64,000 nucleotides of DNA from Candidatus Obscuribacteraceae bacterium (lineage in GTDB: Bacteria > Cyanobacteriota > Vampirovibrionia > Obscuribacterales > Obscuribacteraceae): positions 352,001 to 416,000 of the forward strand of contig JBGASG010000003.1 in the NCBI GenBank assembly GCA_044229845.1, read 5' to 3'. Positions 18,072 through 27,755 of the stretch are shown one piece after another. The notes below the pieces were generated by a model. The model ran no database searches and had not been told where the DNA came from. It was given only the letters and a program-made list of their open reading frames with translations. A program made the position numbers and the translations under genes. Numbering within the stretch: the first letter of the stretch is position 1; each line of letters begins with the position of its first letter.

Positions 18072-18752
18072 ATGCCGCTAATCGGAATCCTGTCACTGCA
18101 AGGCAGCTTTGCCGAACACGAGGACATGCTGAAACGAGCCGGTGCGAAAACCCGGCTCGTCAGGCGCGCCGATGAGATTGAAGATCTCGACGGACTCGTC
18201 ATTCCCGGCGGCGAATCGACAACGATCGCTAAACTGACTGAACGAGCCGACGACACCATTTTCGATACCATCATCCGGCGCGCCCGAGCAGGCATGCCTA
18301 TTTACGGCACCTGCATGGGCTCAATTTTTCTGGCTAGAGAAATTGAGGGTTCAGCTCAAGGGCGCCTGGCTTTGATGGACATCAAGGTGCGTCGCAACGC
18401 GTTTGGACCGCAAAAGTTCAGCAGCGAGCAACTGGTAGAAATTCCCGCTCTCGGTGAGCAGCCGTTCAATGTTGTGTTCATCCGCGCGCCAATCATACTT
18501 AATTGCGGCGAGAATGTATCCGTGCTGGCTCAGGTCGAGGAAGGGATTGTCATGGCACGCCAGGACAATCTATTGGTTACCTCTTTCCATCCGGAGCTGA
18601 CCGAAGATCTGCGCGTCCACAAATATTTCCTCGATATGGTCAACCAGAGCCTTTCGGCGAAGGCAGACTCAACCGTCTGCGCATCGGCAGAAACCTCTCA
18701 AACCTCTCACTGCGCTACAATTCCCATTCCCCGAACCGTAGCGCCCATGTGA
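18072..18752 (+). CDS. pdxT: PLP synthase glutaminase subunit
   Basis: LSLQGSFAEH, PGGESTT, GTCMG, RRNAFG, FIRAP, FHPELT. Confidence 0.98.
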   Translation: MPLIGILSLQGSFAEHEDMLKRAGAKTRLVRRADEIEDLDGLVIPGGESTTIAKLTERADDTIFDTIIRRARAGMPIYGTCMGSIFLAREIEGSAQGRLALMDIKVRRNAFGPQKFSSEQLVEIPALGEQPFNVVFIRAPIILNCGENVSVLAQVEEGIVMARQDNLLVTSFHPELTEDLRVHKYFLDMVNQSLSAKADSTVCASAETSQTSHCATIPIPRTVAPM

Positions 18753-18766
18753 CAGGTCAAATCAAG

Positions 18767-20239
18767 ATGCCGCAACAACATTACATTGACGGAAAGTTCA
18801 CCAAAGGTCAGTCTAAAGAAACAATCGAGGTCATCGACCCGGCGACCGAAAAAGCAATCGACTCGGTTCCAAAAGGTACTGAAGCCGATGCACACGCGGC
18901 CGTAGCGGCAGCCAAAGCAGCGTTCGATAAATGGCGCCGAACATCGGCCAATGTCCGCGCCACCATGCTGCACGAGGCGGCAGCAAAGATGCGCGCTCGC
19001 CAGCACGAAATCGTCAACCTGTTGACTCGCGAGCAGGGCAAACCGGTTCCAGAGAACGACGAAGAGTTCGAATGGCTGTGCAACACCTTCGACTACTATG
19101 CCGAACTGGGTCGCCACGAGCGCGGTCGAGTGCTGCCCTCTGGCGAGTATTCGCAACTCAATCTCGTCATCAAAGAGCCTTACGGCGTTGCCGCGTGCAT
19201 CATCCCGTGGAACTATCCGCTTTTGCTGCTGGCCTGGAAAATGGCTCCCGCACTGGCTGCCGGCAACACTATCGTAATCAAACCGAGCGAACTAACACCT
19301 TTGACGACGATGTTTCTCGCCGAACATTGCTGGGATCACTTCCCACCCGGCGTCATCAACATCGTGAACGGCTACGGGCAGGATGTCGCTGAACCGCTGG
19401 TGGTGCATCCTGATGTTCCCGTGATTGCCTTCACCGGCAGCCTGGGCATCGGTCAACGTATTGCATCTCTCGCCGCGCCGATGATGAAGAAACTGCACCT
19501 GGAGCTGGGCGGCAAAGACGCTTTCGTCATCACCGAAGATGCCGATCCCGAAATGTCCGCGCGCGCTCTCGCCTACGCCGCCCTCACAAACGCGGGACAA
19601 GTCTGCACGTCCACCGAGCGCGTCTACTTGCCGAAATCCAAGGCAAAACAATTCACAGAAGCGCTGGTCGAGCACGTGCGCAAACTGAGACTCGGCCCCG
19701 GACTGGAATCAGAAACCGATGTCGGCCCGATGATCGGTGATCGCTACCGGCAAAAGGTCGAGCAACACATCTCCGAAGCCATCAACAAAGGAGCCAAGTG
19801 CCTGGTCGGCGGCGGACGCCCGCAGCACCTCAAGCAAGGCTACTTCCTCGAGCCCACAGTGCTCAGCAACGTCAACCATTCAATGACGATCATGAGGGAA
19901 GAAACCTTCGGTCCAGCCATTCCTTTGATGGAATACCAATCATTCGAAGAAGCAATTCAACTGACCAACGATTGCCAGTTCGGTCTAGGCGCGTGCCTGG
20001 TCACCAACGATCCACTGAAAGCCAAACTCTTCATGGAAGAAGTGAAGGCTGGAACCGTGTGGATCAATGATCCGCTCACGGACAATTATGCCGGTCCTTT
20101 TGGAGGCATGAAGTTCAGCGGCGGAGCACGCGAACTTGGGCAAGAAGGACTCGACGAGTTTCGCGAGACTAAGCATGTGCACTGGGACTTTTCACCAGGA
20201 ATCAAGTCCTGGTGGTACCCCTACGGCAATTCTAACTAG
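18767..20239 (+). CDS. NAD(P)-dependent aldehyde dehydrogenase
   Basis: PWNYP, KPSELTP, FTGS, LELGGK, GQVCTS, EETFGP; start ATG 18767. Confidence 0.95.
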   Translation: MPQQHYIDGKFTKGQSKETIEVIDPATEKAIDSVPKGTEADAHAAVAAAKAAFDKWRRTSANVRATMLHEAAAKMRARQHEIVNLLTREQGKPVPENDEEFEWLCNTFDYYAELGRHERGRVLPSGEYSQLNLVIKEPYGVAACIIPWNYPLLLLAWKMAPALAAGNTIVIKPSELTPLTTMFLAEHCWDHFPPGVINIVNGYGQDVAEPLVVHPDVPVIAFTGSLGIGQRIASLAAPMMKKLHLELGGKDAFVITEDADPEMSARALAYAALTNAGQVCTSTERVYLPKSKAKQFTEALVEHVRKLRLGPGLESETDVGPMIGDRYRQKVEQHISEAINKGAKCLVGGGRPQHLKQGYFLEPTVLSNVNHSMTIMREETFGPAIPLMEYQSFEEAIQLTNDCQFGLGACLVTNDPLKAKLFMEEVKAGTVWINDPLTDNYAGPFGGMKFSGGARELGQEGLDEFRETKHVHWDFSPGIKSWWYPYGNSN

Positions 20240-20302
20240 TCGACGAGTCGTCGCTCAGGTCAAAGACAAACACGCGAAAAACCTTCGTTCTTCGCGTAGC
20301 CG

Positions 20303-20680
20303 TTAAGGCATGACTTTGCACTCAACCTTTGCCGAGCCGCTGGGATAAATTCCAAGAGTCTTTGCCGCACCCTCAGAAAGATCGATGACGCGATGTTTCA
20401 TTGGTGCACACCGATCGTTTATTTCAACGATGGCACTCTTACCTGACTTTGGATATGTCACTTTCACTTTGGTGCCAAATGGCAGATTTGCGTGCGCCGC
20501 TGTCATCAGATTTTTGTCGAAAACCTTACCATTGGCAGCCCGCTTGCCGTGGAAGCCGGGTCCATACCAGTGAGCGGTTCCCGCAAACGTGCCATCTGCG
20601 GCCTGGGCTGTTGAGGCACCCACGCCGGACGTCAACGCAATAGCTGCAGCAACTGCCAATAATCCCAAAGTCTTTTGCAT
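20303..20680 (-). CDS. RlpA-like double-psi beta-barrel lytic transglycosylase, exported
   Basis: Signal peptide; AHWYGPGFHGKRAANG...TAAH.NLPFGTKVKV...INDR...IDLSEGAA. Confidence 0.92.
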   Translation of the reverse strand: MQKTLGLLAVAAAIALTSGVGASTAQAADGTFAGTAHWYGPGFHGKRAANGKVFDKNLMTAAHANLPFGTKVKVTYPKSGKSAIVEINDRCAPMKHRVIDLSEGAAKTLGIYPSGSAKVECKVMP

Positions 20681-20989
20681 AGAGCACCTGACCAGTCAAA
20701 CGGGGTCATTGTTGCATATGAGGGACCTGCCGTGGCTCAGGAGGCGCTGTTAGACATCGCTCAGGCAAATCAGTCCATACAAGCAACGACCGCACCAGGC
20801 GAACCCGGTGCGGTTGTGCGGCTGACGAAATGCTGCGGCTGATTTTCTACTTAAGTTGTAGAGGACCCTCCGCGGCATTAACGAACAGAACACCCAGCGC
20901 GTAAAGTTCATACTAAAAGGAAAATTTCCAACAAGGGAATTGGAAACGGATTGTCTGCAACTGTGCATCTATCCAGCGTATATAAAGGT

Positions 20990-21056
20990 GGAGCGCGCCC
21001 CGCCGACGCGCTCCCTCGCTTCATACTATGTGCCCGCACCGAAAACGGTGACGGGC
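20990..21056 (-). terminator. Two tandem hairpins downstream of the ECF sigma gene
   Basis: GCCCGCACCG-AAAA-CGGTGACGGGC (21032-21056) and GGAGCGCG/CGCGCTCC (20990-21014). Confidence 0.5.
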
Positions 21057-21066
21057 TAAACTCAAC

Positions 21067-21717
21067 TCAAGCCGCCCGCATATCAACGTAAGGCGCGAGC
21101 ATTTGCTGCACCTTCGAACGAGCGCGGGCGATGCGAGATTTTACAGTTCCCATTTCGGAATGTGTGACCGCAGCAATCTCTTCGTAAGACAATCCCTGCA
21201 ACTCGCGCAGAACAATGGCGGTGCGGAAGTGACCCGGCAACTGCAACATCGCTTCGCGTATGGCGATCGATAATTCTTTGCGTTGGTAACATTCATCGGG
21301 GAGCGCCGACAAATCCGCTATATCCCGGGTCGGGCACTCTTCGTTGTCTTCATAATCCCAGGGCTCGTCCATGGAAACAGTCGGCAGTTGCTTCGGCCGC
21401 TTCCTCAGTTCGTCATAAAAGAGGTTAGTCGTAATGTGGTTCAACCAGGAGCGGAAAGCCCTTGGATTTCGCAAGGTGTCTATCGACTTCCAGACACGGA
21501 TGAAGACTTCTTGCGCCAGATCGGCGGTTGTATTCCAATCTGGAGCCAGTTGATAGAGAAGATTGTATACGGAGCGTTGGTGCCTCTTTATCAATTCCTC
21601 GAATGCAACTGGATCTTTTCTCTGGCAGGCAAGCACCAGTTCAGACTCGCTGCGATGAGAGGTGCCGCCGCTCAAGACGGTCAGGGATGGTCTCTCTTTA
21701 TCTTCAGAAGTAACCAT
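21067..21717 (-). CDS. ECF sigma-70 factor (cyanobacterial SigG/RpoE-like)
   Basis: DLAQEVFIRVW, FRSWL..ITTNLFYDELRKR, LRELQGLSYEEIA...GTVKSRIARAR. Confidence 0.95.
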   Translation of the reverse strand: MVTSEDKERPSLTVLSGGTSHRSESELVLACQRKDPVAFEELIKRHQRSVYNLLYQLAPDWNTTADLAQEVFIRVWKSIDTLRNPRAFRSWLNHITTNLFYDELRKRPKQLPTVSMDEPWDYEDNEECPTRDIADLSALPDECYQRKELSIAIREAMLQLPGHFRTAIVLRELQGLSYEEIAAVTHSEMGTVKSRIARARSKVQQMLAPYVDMRAA

Positions 21718-21984
21718 AATTACAGTCTCCGAAGTGACGGATACCGTTTTAGTGCGCAGAAAACTCAGTCGGGTGAAGGGTCTACATACTCATTGTCTTC
21801 CTCAATGCGGCTGAGTTGTAGATGGGAAAACATATAATCGACTCGGGTTTCATTCAGCAAAAGGCATCTGTAGACTAGGCGTAAACGCTCTCTCCGTCCG
21901 GGACTCCAATTGCAATGTTGGAATAATGTTTGCTTACTTAACCTTAGGACACATGTAACTAATTCGACCAAAGAGGTACATCCT

Positions 21985-22596
21985 ATGATTCCAGAGGAAG
22001 TTGGAAACTGGCTTCTTCTCTGGCAACCAGAGCAGGACCTCACAGCTATATTCAAGTTCGATTGGGCTGACACAGCTGTACTGAGAGAAGCCGTAACCTT
22101 TCTGCTCACCACTCACATGGACGCTATAAACGGGCTAGACATCGACGTTTTGGACGACGTTAACTTCCTGCGCGTGAAGATGCTGATTGCCAGTAATCCG
22201 GAAACACCAAATGCGGTGCTGGAATACCTGGCTAAGAGAAGTGGTCCTTGCGTGCTGGAGCGAATCGCTGAGAACCCCAATACCCCGGCATCAGTGCTGG
22301 AAGATTTGGCCGGCAGCGATTGGCCGAATGTCCGTTCGGCCGTCGCCGAGAATTCGCATTCTCCTGCCGATCTGATCAAAGATCTGTCAGGTGACGAGAA
22401 CCCGGACATTCGCTATACCGTAGCCGAGAACGCTGGTACCCCCATAGAAGTTTTGCAGCTTCTTGAACTTGACGAGAATCCATATGTATCGCATCGCGCG
22501 CATACAACGCTTTCACGCCTCTCAGGAGGATTTGTGCAACAGGGCAATTTTCGCCAGGATTCTCGCCGCGGACTTAACGCCCGTCCCGCGTACTGA
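21985..22596 (+). CDS. Leucine-rich-repeat-variant/HEAT-like repeat protein
   Basis: Four repeats of [IV]A[SE]N..[TS]P...L..L (IASNPETP, IAENPNTP, VAENSHSP, VAENAGTP). Confidence 0.85.
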   Translation: MIPEEVGNWLLLWQPEQDLTAIFKFDWADTAVLREAVTFLLTTHMDAINGLDIDVLDDVNFLRVKMLIASNPETPNAVLEYLAKRSGPCVLERIAENPNTPASVLEDLAGSDWPNVRSAVAENSHSPADLIKDLSGDENPDIRYTVAENAGTPIEVLQLLELDENPYVSHRAHTTLSRLSGGFVQQGNFRQDSRRGLNARPAY

Positions 22597-22926
22597 GGTA
22601 ACTGACTATCCAAAAGACGCGATAAACAGCGGAATTTCAAAGTTCGCTTTCAGGTGAGCACTGGCCCGGTCGACGCCTCCAGTTGCCGGGCCCTCACCTG
22701 ATTTTGGTGCCGATTTTGATCTCGCTTCCGTCCTCGCCATGCCGACTTTAGAAGACGCCAGCTGGGAAATTTACGATACGGGCGGGAATTCCCCCAATCG
22801 ACTCTCCTCATGCAAAAACCTATCATCGCAGCATGATCGACCTGGGGTGATTGTCTGAGCTGCCGCCGTCCGGCACCTTGGAGAACAGGTTGCGTCTGGC
22901 ATCCATCCACAAAGGACTCCCGCCAT

Positions 22927-25572
22927 ATGGCCCACGGTTTCGACGCTCTTGGAGCTTCGCATTCTGAAGCACAGGAATTGAAATTATCCCAGGGCATCGC
23001 CGACAACGTTCTTTTGTCGTCGGCAGAGATTTGGGCGAACGGTGGCACTAGCGCTGCCGGACGATTCAACGGCACGCTCTTCAACGGCACGATGCAAGGC
23101 ATCGAAAATCGTGTCCACGAAATGGGCGAAAATAAGGCAGAAACCGCAGCCGAATTTACCATTGCCACCAGTATCGGCATAGGACTGGGACTGATGAACA
23201 AAGCGGGCGGACGCTACGCAACCATTGCCAAATGGGGCGGGCGCGCCATGCTCGGTCTGATGGGCGTTGACCTGACGCGACGCGTGGGAACATCCGTATA
23301 CCTGGCAGGTGACTCAGTGTTCAATCCACAAAATTATCAGTCCAACACCGACGCCGTAGCAAACAACATGGGTGTAGTAGCGGTTGACTATCCGCTCATG
23401 GCGCTGGGCGGTTATGGCACAGCCAAAGTTATGAGCGGCGGCAAGTTCTCGATGAGAGAGTTGCTTGGCTTCAAAGGAAAATCCACTGCAGCTGGTGAAG
23501 CTCCAGTATCGGAATCAGCTGTCGGCGAGTTGGCTATTTCTACCGGTGCAGACCTGCATGCCGGTGAACGCCTAACCACGCAAGCAATGCGGCAGCGGCT
23601 AACTTTTGCGGAGCAGGGTCAGGACAAGAAAGGAGTGAGTGGTTTCGGCGACCTCTTTAAGGTCATGGCTGAACGCACTAACTTAAAAGAAAACCCGGCT
23701 CTATCAACCGAGCGCGTCCAACTGCTGAACGACCTGAAAGCGGTCGAAGCCGCCCAATCGGAACTGGCTGGTCTGAATAACACAAGACAGGGACTAGTCC
23801 GACAACGCTCAGCTCTGGACGGAGCAGTTCAGAGCGCCGAGCAGCATCTGGCGCAATTGGAACAAGTAAAGACCGAACTGGCCGCTAAGCGAGCCGACAT
23901 GGACGCCGCTCGCGCCGATGTAGGAGCCGCCAGAAAAGCGGCACGCGCCAAGGAAACAGGCACGGGCGTCGTCGAAGGCGAGCCGCCCACAGCCCCCAAA
24001 GGCAAAAGCAACCAACCCGGTGCGCGCGGCGAGGGCGATGAATCGCCATTGACGATCGAAGAATTGCAAGCCAAATTCGATCAGGCAAAGCAAGAAGTTG
24101 AAGGTCTGCAAGGTCAGCTGGATAGCCGGCCGCGATTGGAGCAAGCGGTAGAGTTTGCGAAAACCAACCGGGAAGCGAACGCCGGCGGACTCGATGCGCA
24201 GATTGCCGCTTTAAATGAAACCATCGCCGCCAAACAAACGCAGGTCGATGCTCTGCAAGGTAGTGTCGAAGCCAGGTTCCGTACTTGGACTGAACAAGCC
24301 GACGGACTGGTGCAAGTGCAAACGGCAGCCGCCGAGACAGGCAGTTCCGGAGTGCGGTTGGAAGAACTACCCGCCGGGTCTGAGGTCACCGCCAAATCTC
24401 CTGCAAAGACGGGGGCTCGGGCATTCGAACTCGGCGCGGTCACCGAGAAGGCTGCCACCACAGGCAGAGGCATAACCGATCCACTGGTGATCGAACCAAT
24501 CGCTAAAATCGTCGAACCGCCGGTGAAGGTAGTCGAACCGCCGGCGAAGGTCGTCGAGCCACCAGCAAAAGTGGAGCCGGCGGTCAAAGAAAAGCCTGTC
24601 CGCCCGACCGAAACATCCGAAGTTCCAGTTACCGCCAAAGATGTATCCGAATCGATCGGGGCCGCAGAGAAGGCTCTGAAAGACCGCCGATATGTTGTCG
24701 GGATGCGTGAGACAGCCAAAGCAATTGCTCAACATTTGGAACTCTTCCGCACCGACCCCTCTGTCGACAACAAGGCATTTCTTGCACGCATCCAGGGATT
24801 GCTCGGACGAATCGATGTCTGGGAAGCCCCGACGAGATGGTTGCGTTCAGATCCCGGTCGCAACGAAATTGCCACCATTATGCAGCGCACCGGCATCGAC
24901 GCCGATGTGATGGCAGCGAATCGCAACTGGGCACGCAGCACACAGACCTTCGACAATACCGCAGGTAGAGCAGTGCAGGGCTTCCAGGCTCGTCCCGGTG
25001 AGATGCCGGAGTTGACCTTGTCGCGCATTCAACAACACCTGGAAGCAAGAGTGCGCGTCGAAAACGGCAAGAACTTCCTCAACAAACTGTCTGACGCCGA
25101 CCGCCTCGACCCGGTGATCGTCAAAGGCATGGAGATGATGCGTTCCGGAAAGCTGCCCGACGGCACCCCCATCCCGGAAGATGCCAGTTTGCTAGCGCTG
25201 GGACGACGCACGATCGGCGGCAAAGAAGTGGTAATGGCACTGGGCACCAACAGACCCAACTACATCGACAAAGCCGCATACGATCGCTGGTTCGTCGAGA
25301 GCCAGACAGTTCGTCAGAAAGGACTGGGCGCACTTTCGGAAGAACAACAACTCGCACTGCGACATCATCATGGACCGGAGAGATTCACAGGCACGAAACC
25401 GGACGGCTTTGCGATTCTGTTCCCAGGCAAGGGGGGCAAGGTGATCAAATTCGTCGATCTGCCGCAATCTTTGCAAGGAGAGTTGTCCGGCGGTTTCACC
25501 AAAGGCAGCAACACGCTCCGCATTCACAGCGACTTCCAGCGCCTCATGTCGCTGGCCAATCGGGGAGGCTAG
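22927..25572 (+). CDS. Large hypothetical protein (Gly-rich hydrophobic N-terminus, coiled coil, Pro-rich linker, unknown C-terminal domain)
   Basis: 881-aa ORF with SD AAGGA; no family recognised. Confidence 0.8.
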   Translation: MAHGFDALGASHSEAQELKLSQGIADNVLLSSAEIWANGGTSAAGRFNGTLFNGTMQGIENRVHEMGENKAETAAEFTIATSIGIGLGLMNKAGGRYATIAKWGGRAMLGLMGVDLTRRVGTSVYLAGDSVFNPQNYQSNTDAVANNMGVVAVDYPLMALGGYGTAKVMSGGKFSMRELLGFKGKSTAAGEAPVSESAVGELAISTGADLHAGERLTTQAMRQRLTFAEQGQDKKGVSGFGDLFKVMAERTNLKENPALSTERVQLLNDLKAVEAAQSELAGLNNTRQGLVRQRSALDGAVQSAEQHLAQLEQVKTELAAKRADMDAARADVGAARKAARAKETGTGVVEGEPPTAPKGKSNQPGARGEGDESPLTIEELQAKFDQAKQEVEGLQGQLDSRPRLEQAVEFAKTNREANAGGLDAQIAALNETIAAKQTQVDALQGSVEARFRTWTEQADGLVQVQTAAAETGSSGVRLEELPAGSEVTAKSPAKTGARAFELGAVTEKAATTGRGITDPLVIEPIAKIVEPPVKVVEPPAKVVEPPAKVEPAVKEKPVRPTETSEVPVTAKDVSESIGAAEKALKDRRYVVGMRETAKAIAQHLELFRTDPSVDNKAFLARIQGLLGRIDVWEAPTRWLRSDPGRNEIATIMQRTGIDADVMAANRNWARSTQTFDNTAGRAVQGFQARPGEMPELTLSRIQQHLEARVRVENGKNFLNKLSDADRLDPVIVKGMEMMRSGKLPDGTPIPEDASLLALGRRTIGGKEVVMALGTNRPNYIDKAAYDRWFVESQTVRQKGLGALSEEQQLALRHHHGPERFTGTKPDGFAILFPGKGGKVIKFVDLPQSLQGELSGGFTKGSNTLRIHSDFQRLMSLANRGG
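24490..24573 (+). repeat. 21-bp coding tandem repeat (IEPIAKI/VEPPVKV/VEPPAKV/VEPPAKV)
   Basis: Four degenerate units, e.g. GTCGAACCGCCGGTGAAGGTA and GTCGAACCGCCGGCGAAGGTC. Confidence 0.85.
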
Positions 25573-25578
25573 GACAGC

Positions 25579-26646
25579 CTAAGTCTGGGGCAACGCCTGA
25601 GAGCGCGGCGCTCCGTAAGTCACAGGTTTATGCGGGAACGTATTCTTGCCGCGCAAGGTCGCGGCAAGAATGCGAATTTCTTCGACTATCTCGCTCAACG
25701 CTTGCGGCGTGATAGCTTGCTCACGGTCGCTCATGGCTTCAGCCGGCTGGTTGTGCACTTCGATCATGACACCATCAGCACCACAGGCAATGGCAGCCAT
25801 GGACATGGGACGCACCAGCTCAGGACGCCCTGTGCCATGACTGGGATCGACGATCACCGGCAACTGGCACATTTGTTTAACGGCCGCTACACCAGCCAGA
25901 TCGAGCGTGTTTCGCGTGTGCGTTTCGAAGGTGCGAATGCCGCGCTCGCAAAGAATCACTTGCAGGTTTCCTTCCAGCATGATGTATTCCGCTGAGCTCA
26001 ACCACTCACCAAGAGTGGCTGACATCGCGCGTTTGAGCAATACAGGCTTGCTGGCTCTTCCCACTTCTCGCAGCAGGTCGTAGTTGTACATATTGCGAGC
26101 GCCAATTTGAAATACGTCGAGAAACGGCTCCGACTCTGCAACTTGATGTGGTGCCATGACTTCGCTGACCACTGGTAAGCCGGTGGCGGCTCGCGCGACA
26201 GACAGATGCTGCATGCCGGCCAGACCCAGTCCCTGGAAATCATACGGGCTGGTGCGTGGCTTGAAAGCGCCGCCGCGCAGAACCGTAGCTCCACATTCTT
26301 TGACTTGATGCGCGGCATGCACGATGTGCGCTTCGCTCTCGACCGAGCAGGGTCCCGCGATAATCACCGGTTCGGCGCCGCCGATCACAGTGCCGTTGGC
26401 GAGCGTGACGGTGGCGGCCGCTTTCTTCAAAGTCAGCGATAGCTGGCTGTCCACTCGTACCGCTTTCTCAACCCCTGGCAGCTGGGTGAAGATGTGCGAC
26501 GCCATCGTGCTCACATCATCGAGAATGACGAATTGGGTGGTTTTCTCAGTGCGCACCGATTGATGCGCCAGTCCGAGCGCATTCAATCGCTGGCTGGCTT
26601 GCTCGATGTCTTGCGCGGAAGCGCTTTGGCCGAAAACCAGAATCAC
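25579..26646 (-). CDS. aroF: 3-deoxy-7-phosphoheptulonate (DAHP) synthase, type I-beta with N-terminal regulatory domain
   Basis: [50 protein letters not shown]. Confidence 0.95.
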   Translation of the reverse strand: MILVFGQSASAQDIEQASQRLNALGLAHQSVRTEKTTQFVILDDVSTMASHIFTQLPGVEKAVRVDSQLSLTLKKAAATVTLANGTVIGGAEPVIIAGPCSVESEAHIVHAAHQVKECGATVLRGGAFKPRTSPYDFQGLGLAGMQHLSVARAATGLPVVSEVMAPHQVAESEPFLDVFQIGARNMYNYDLLREVGRASKPVLLKRAMSATLGEWLSSAEYIMLEGNLQVILCERGIRTFETHTRNTLDLAGVAAVKQMCQLPVIVDPSHGTGRPELVRPMSMAAIACGADGVMIEVHNQPAEAMSDREQAITPQALSEIVEEIRILAATLRGKNTFPHKPVTYGAPRSQALPQT

Positions 26647-26828
26647 ATCGGATACCTGTTACTTGCTTACCAGATTCTAGTAGATAGAGCCGCCAGTAGT
26701 GCTGAATTTAGGACATCCTTCAGGATGAAACAATTTACAACCTCGCTTCCTTATGAGGTTCTTTTAACGCTACCGCTGCAATTTCCGCACTCCGTCGACA
26801 GTCCCCGGACTCAAGCTCGCCCTATTTA

Positions 26829-27755
26829 ATGAAACTCTGCACACAGATGACCAAAAAACGTGCCAATCTGGCACAAATGGAGCCAGTCAAACCGCTGTTC
26901 CCCGACAAAGACCTGGGCTTTCTCACCTCGGTCTCGTGGTGGCAGGCAGCGTTTCAGATATCTCGACGTTTTTCGCGCCTTTGCATCTTGCCGGCAGCGC
27001 TGCTCTTCGCGGGGCATTGCCTGATTCTCTCAGCCGTCATTCCGTTCCAGATGAAAATCGACGCGACCTCGGGCGAGGCGCTGCAAATGCTCTTGTTTCT
27101 GCTCATCGGAGTTCTGGTGGCCTTGCTCGTTGGACTGACGCTCAGTCTATGCGCGCTGACCATCTGGCTGTACCGCCTGACTGAATTCACCCATACGTGC
27201 CTCGCCGTTTCATCCACACCGGAGGAAGCGGCTTTCAAAGAATCGCTGGTCTGGCTGAAGGAGCGCAAGAGCTTTATAAATAAGCTCTGGGTGTACGGCT
27301 CGATGTTCATGCTGTTGCCGCTGATTCCGCCCGCACTAATCTACGCGTTAAATTACACATCGTCGTTCTACATACAAATAGGAATTCCGCTGCCCCGGGT
27401 GCCACAATGGTTGTATCTGTGCATCTCCTTCTTGGGTAGCCTGGTCGCGTTCGCATACATGTTTACGCTGCAAGTCTTTTCCGTGCATTCCGCGCTCACC
27501 CCCGGCGCCACCGCCACCCGAGCGATTTTGGAAACGATTAAAGCAGCACCACAACTGGCGGCGGTCACAGCAGTGATTATAGTGCTCAACATCCTCATCT
27601 CTGCTCCCCAGTCCCTTTTGCCGATACCAGATGCGGTATCGCATAATTTGCTGTTCGCCTACGCCTCGCAAGCCTGGCTGTCGATTACGAGCTGTATTCT
27701 CTGGCCTCTCTCCACGACGCCCTATTTGAAGTTAGCGGGGTGGTCGAACAGATGA
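26829..27755 (+). CDS. Multi-pass membrane hypothetical protein
   Basis: About six hydrophobic segments; ATGA overlap with the next gene; start uncertain. Confidence 0.7.
   Translation: MKLCTQMTKKRANLAQMEPVKPLFPDKDLGFLTSVSWWQAAFQISRRFSRLCILPAALLFAGHCLILSAVIPFQMKIDATSGEALQMLLFLLIGVLVALLVGLTLSLCALTIWLYRLTEFTHTCLAVSSTPEEAAFKESLVWLKERKSFINKLWVYGSMFMLLPLIPPALIYALNYTSSFYIQIGIPLPRVPQWLYLCISFLGSLVAFAYMFTLQVFSVHSALTPGATATRAILETIKAAPQLAAVTAVIIVLNILISAPQSLLPIPDAVSHNLLFAYASQAWLSITSCILWPLSTTPYLKLAGWSNR

Noticed and set aside
20842..20863. ATTTTCTACTTAAGTTGTAGAG, resembling a Cas12a direct-repeat stem
   Set aside because: Single copy, wrong loop length, no spacers and no cas genes.
20681..20900. Possible c-di-AMP (ydaO) riboswitch upstream of the RlpA-like gene
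   Set aside because: The characteristic GCTGAATCC/GGAACC/AGCTAAC-type segments were not found in the expected order.
22651..22700. Long imperfect hairpin CAGGTGAG...CTCACCTG as an ncRNA
   Set aside because: Its position 55 bp after a stop codon with following ATTTT fits a plain terminator.
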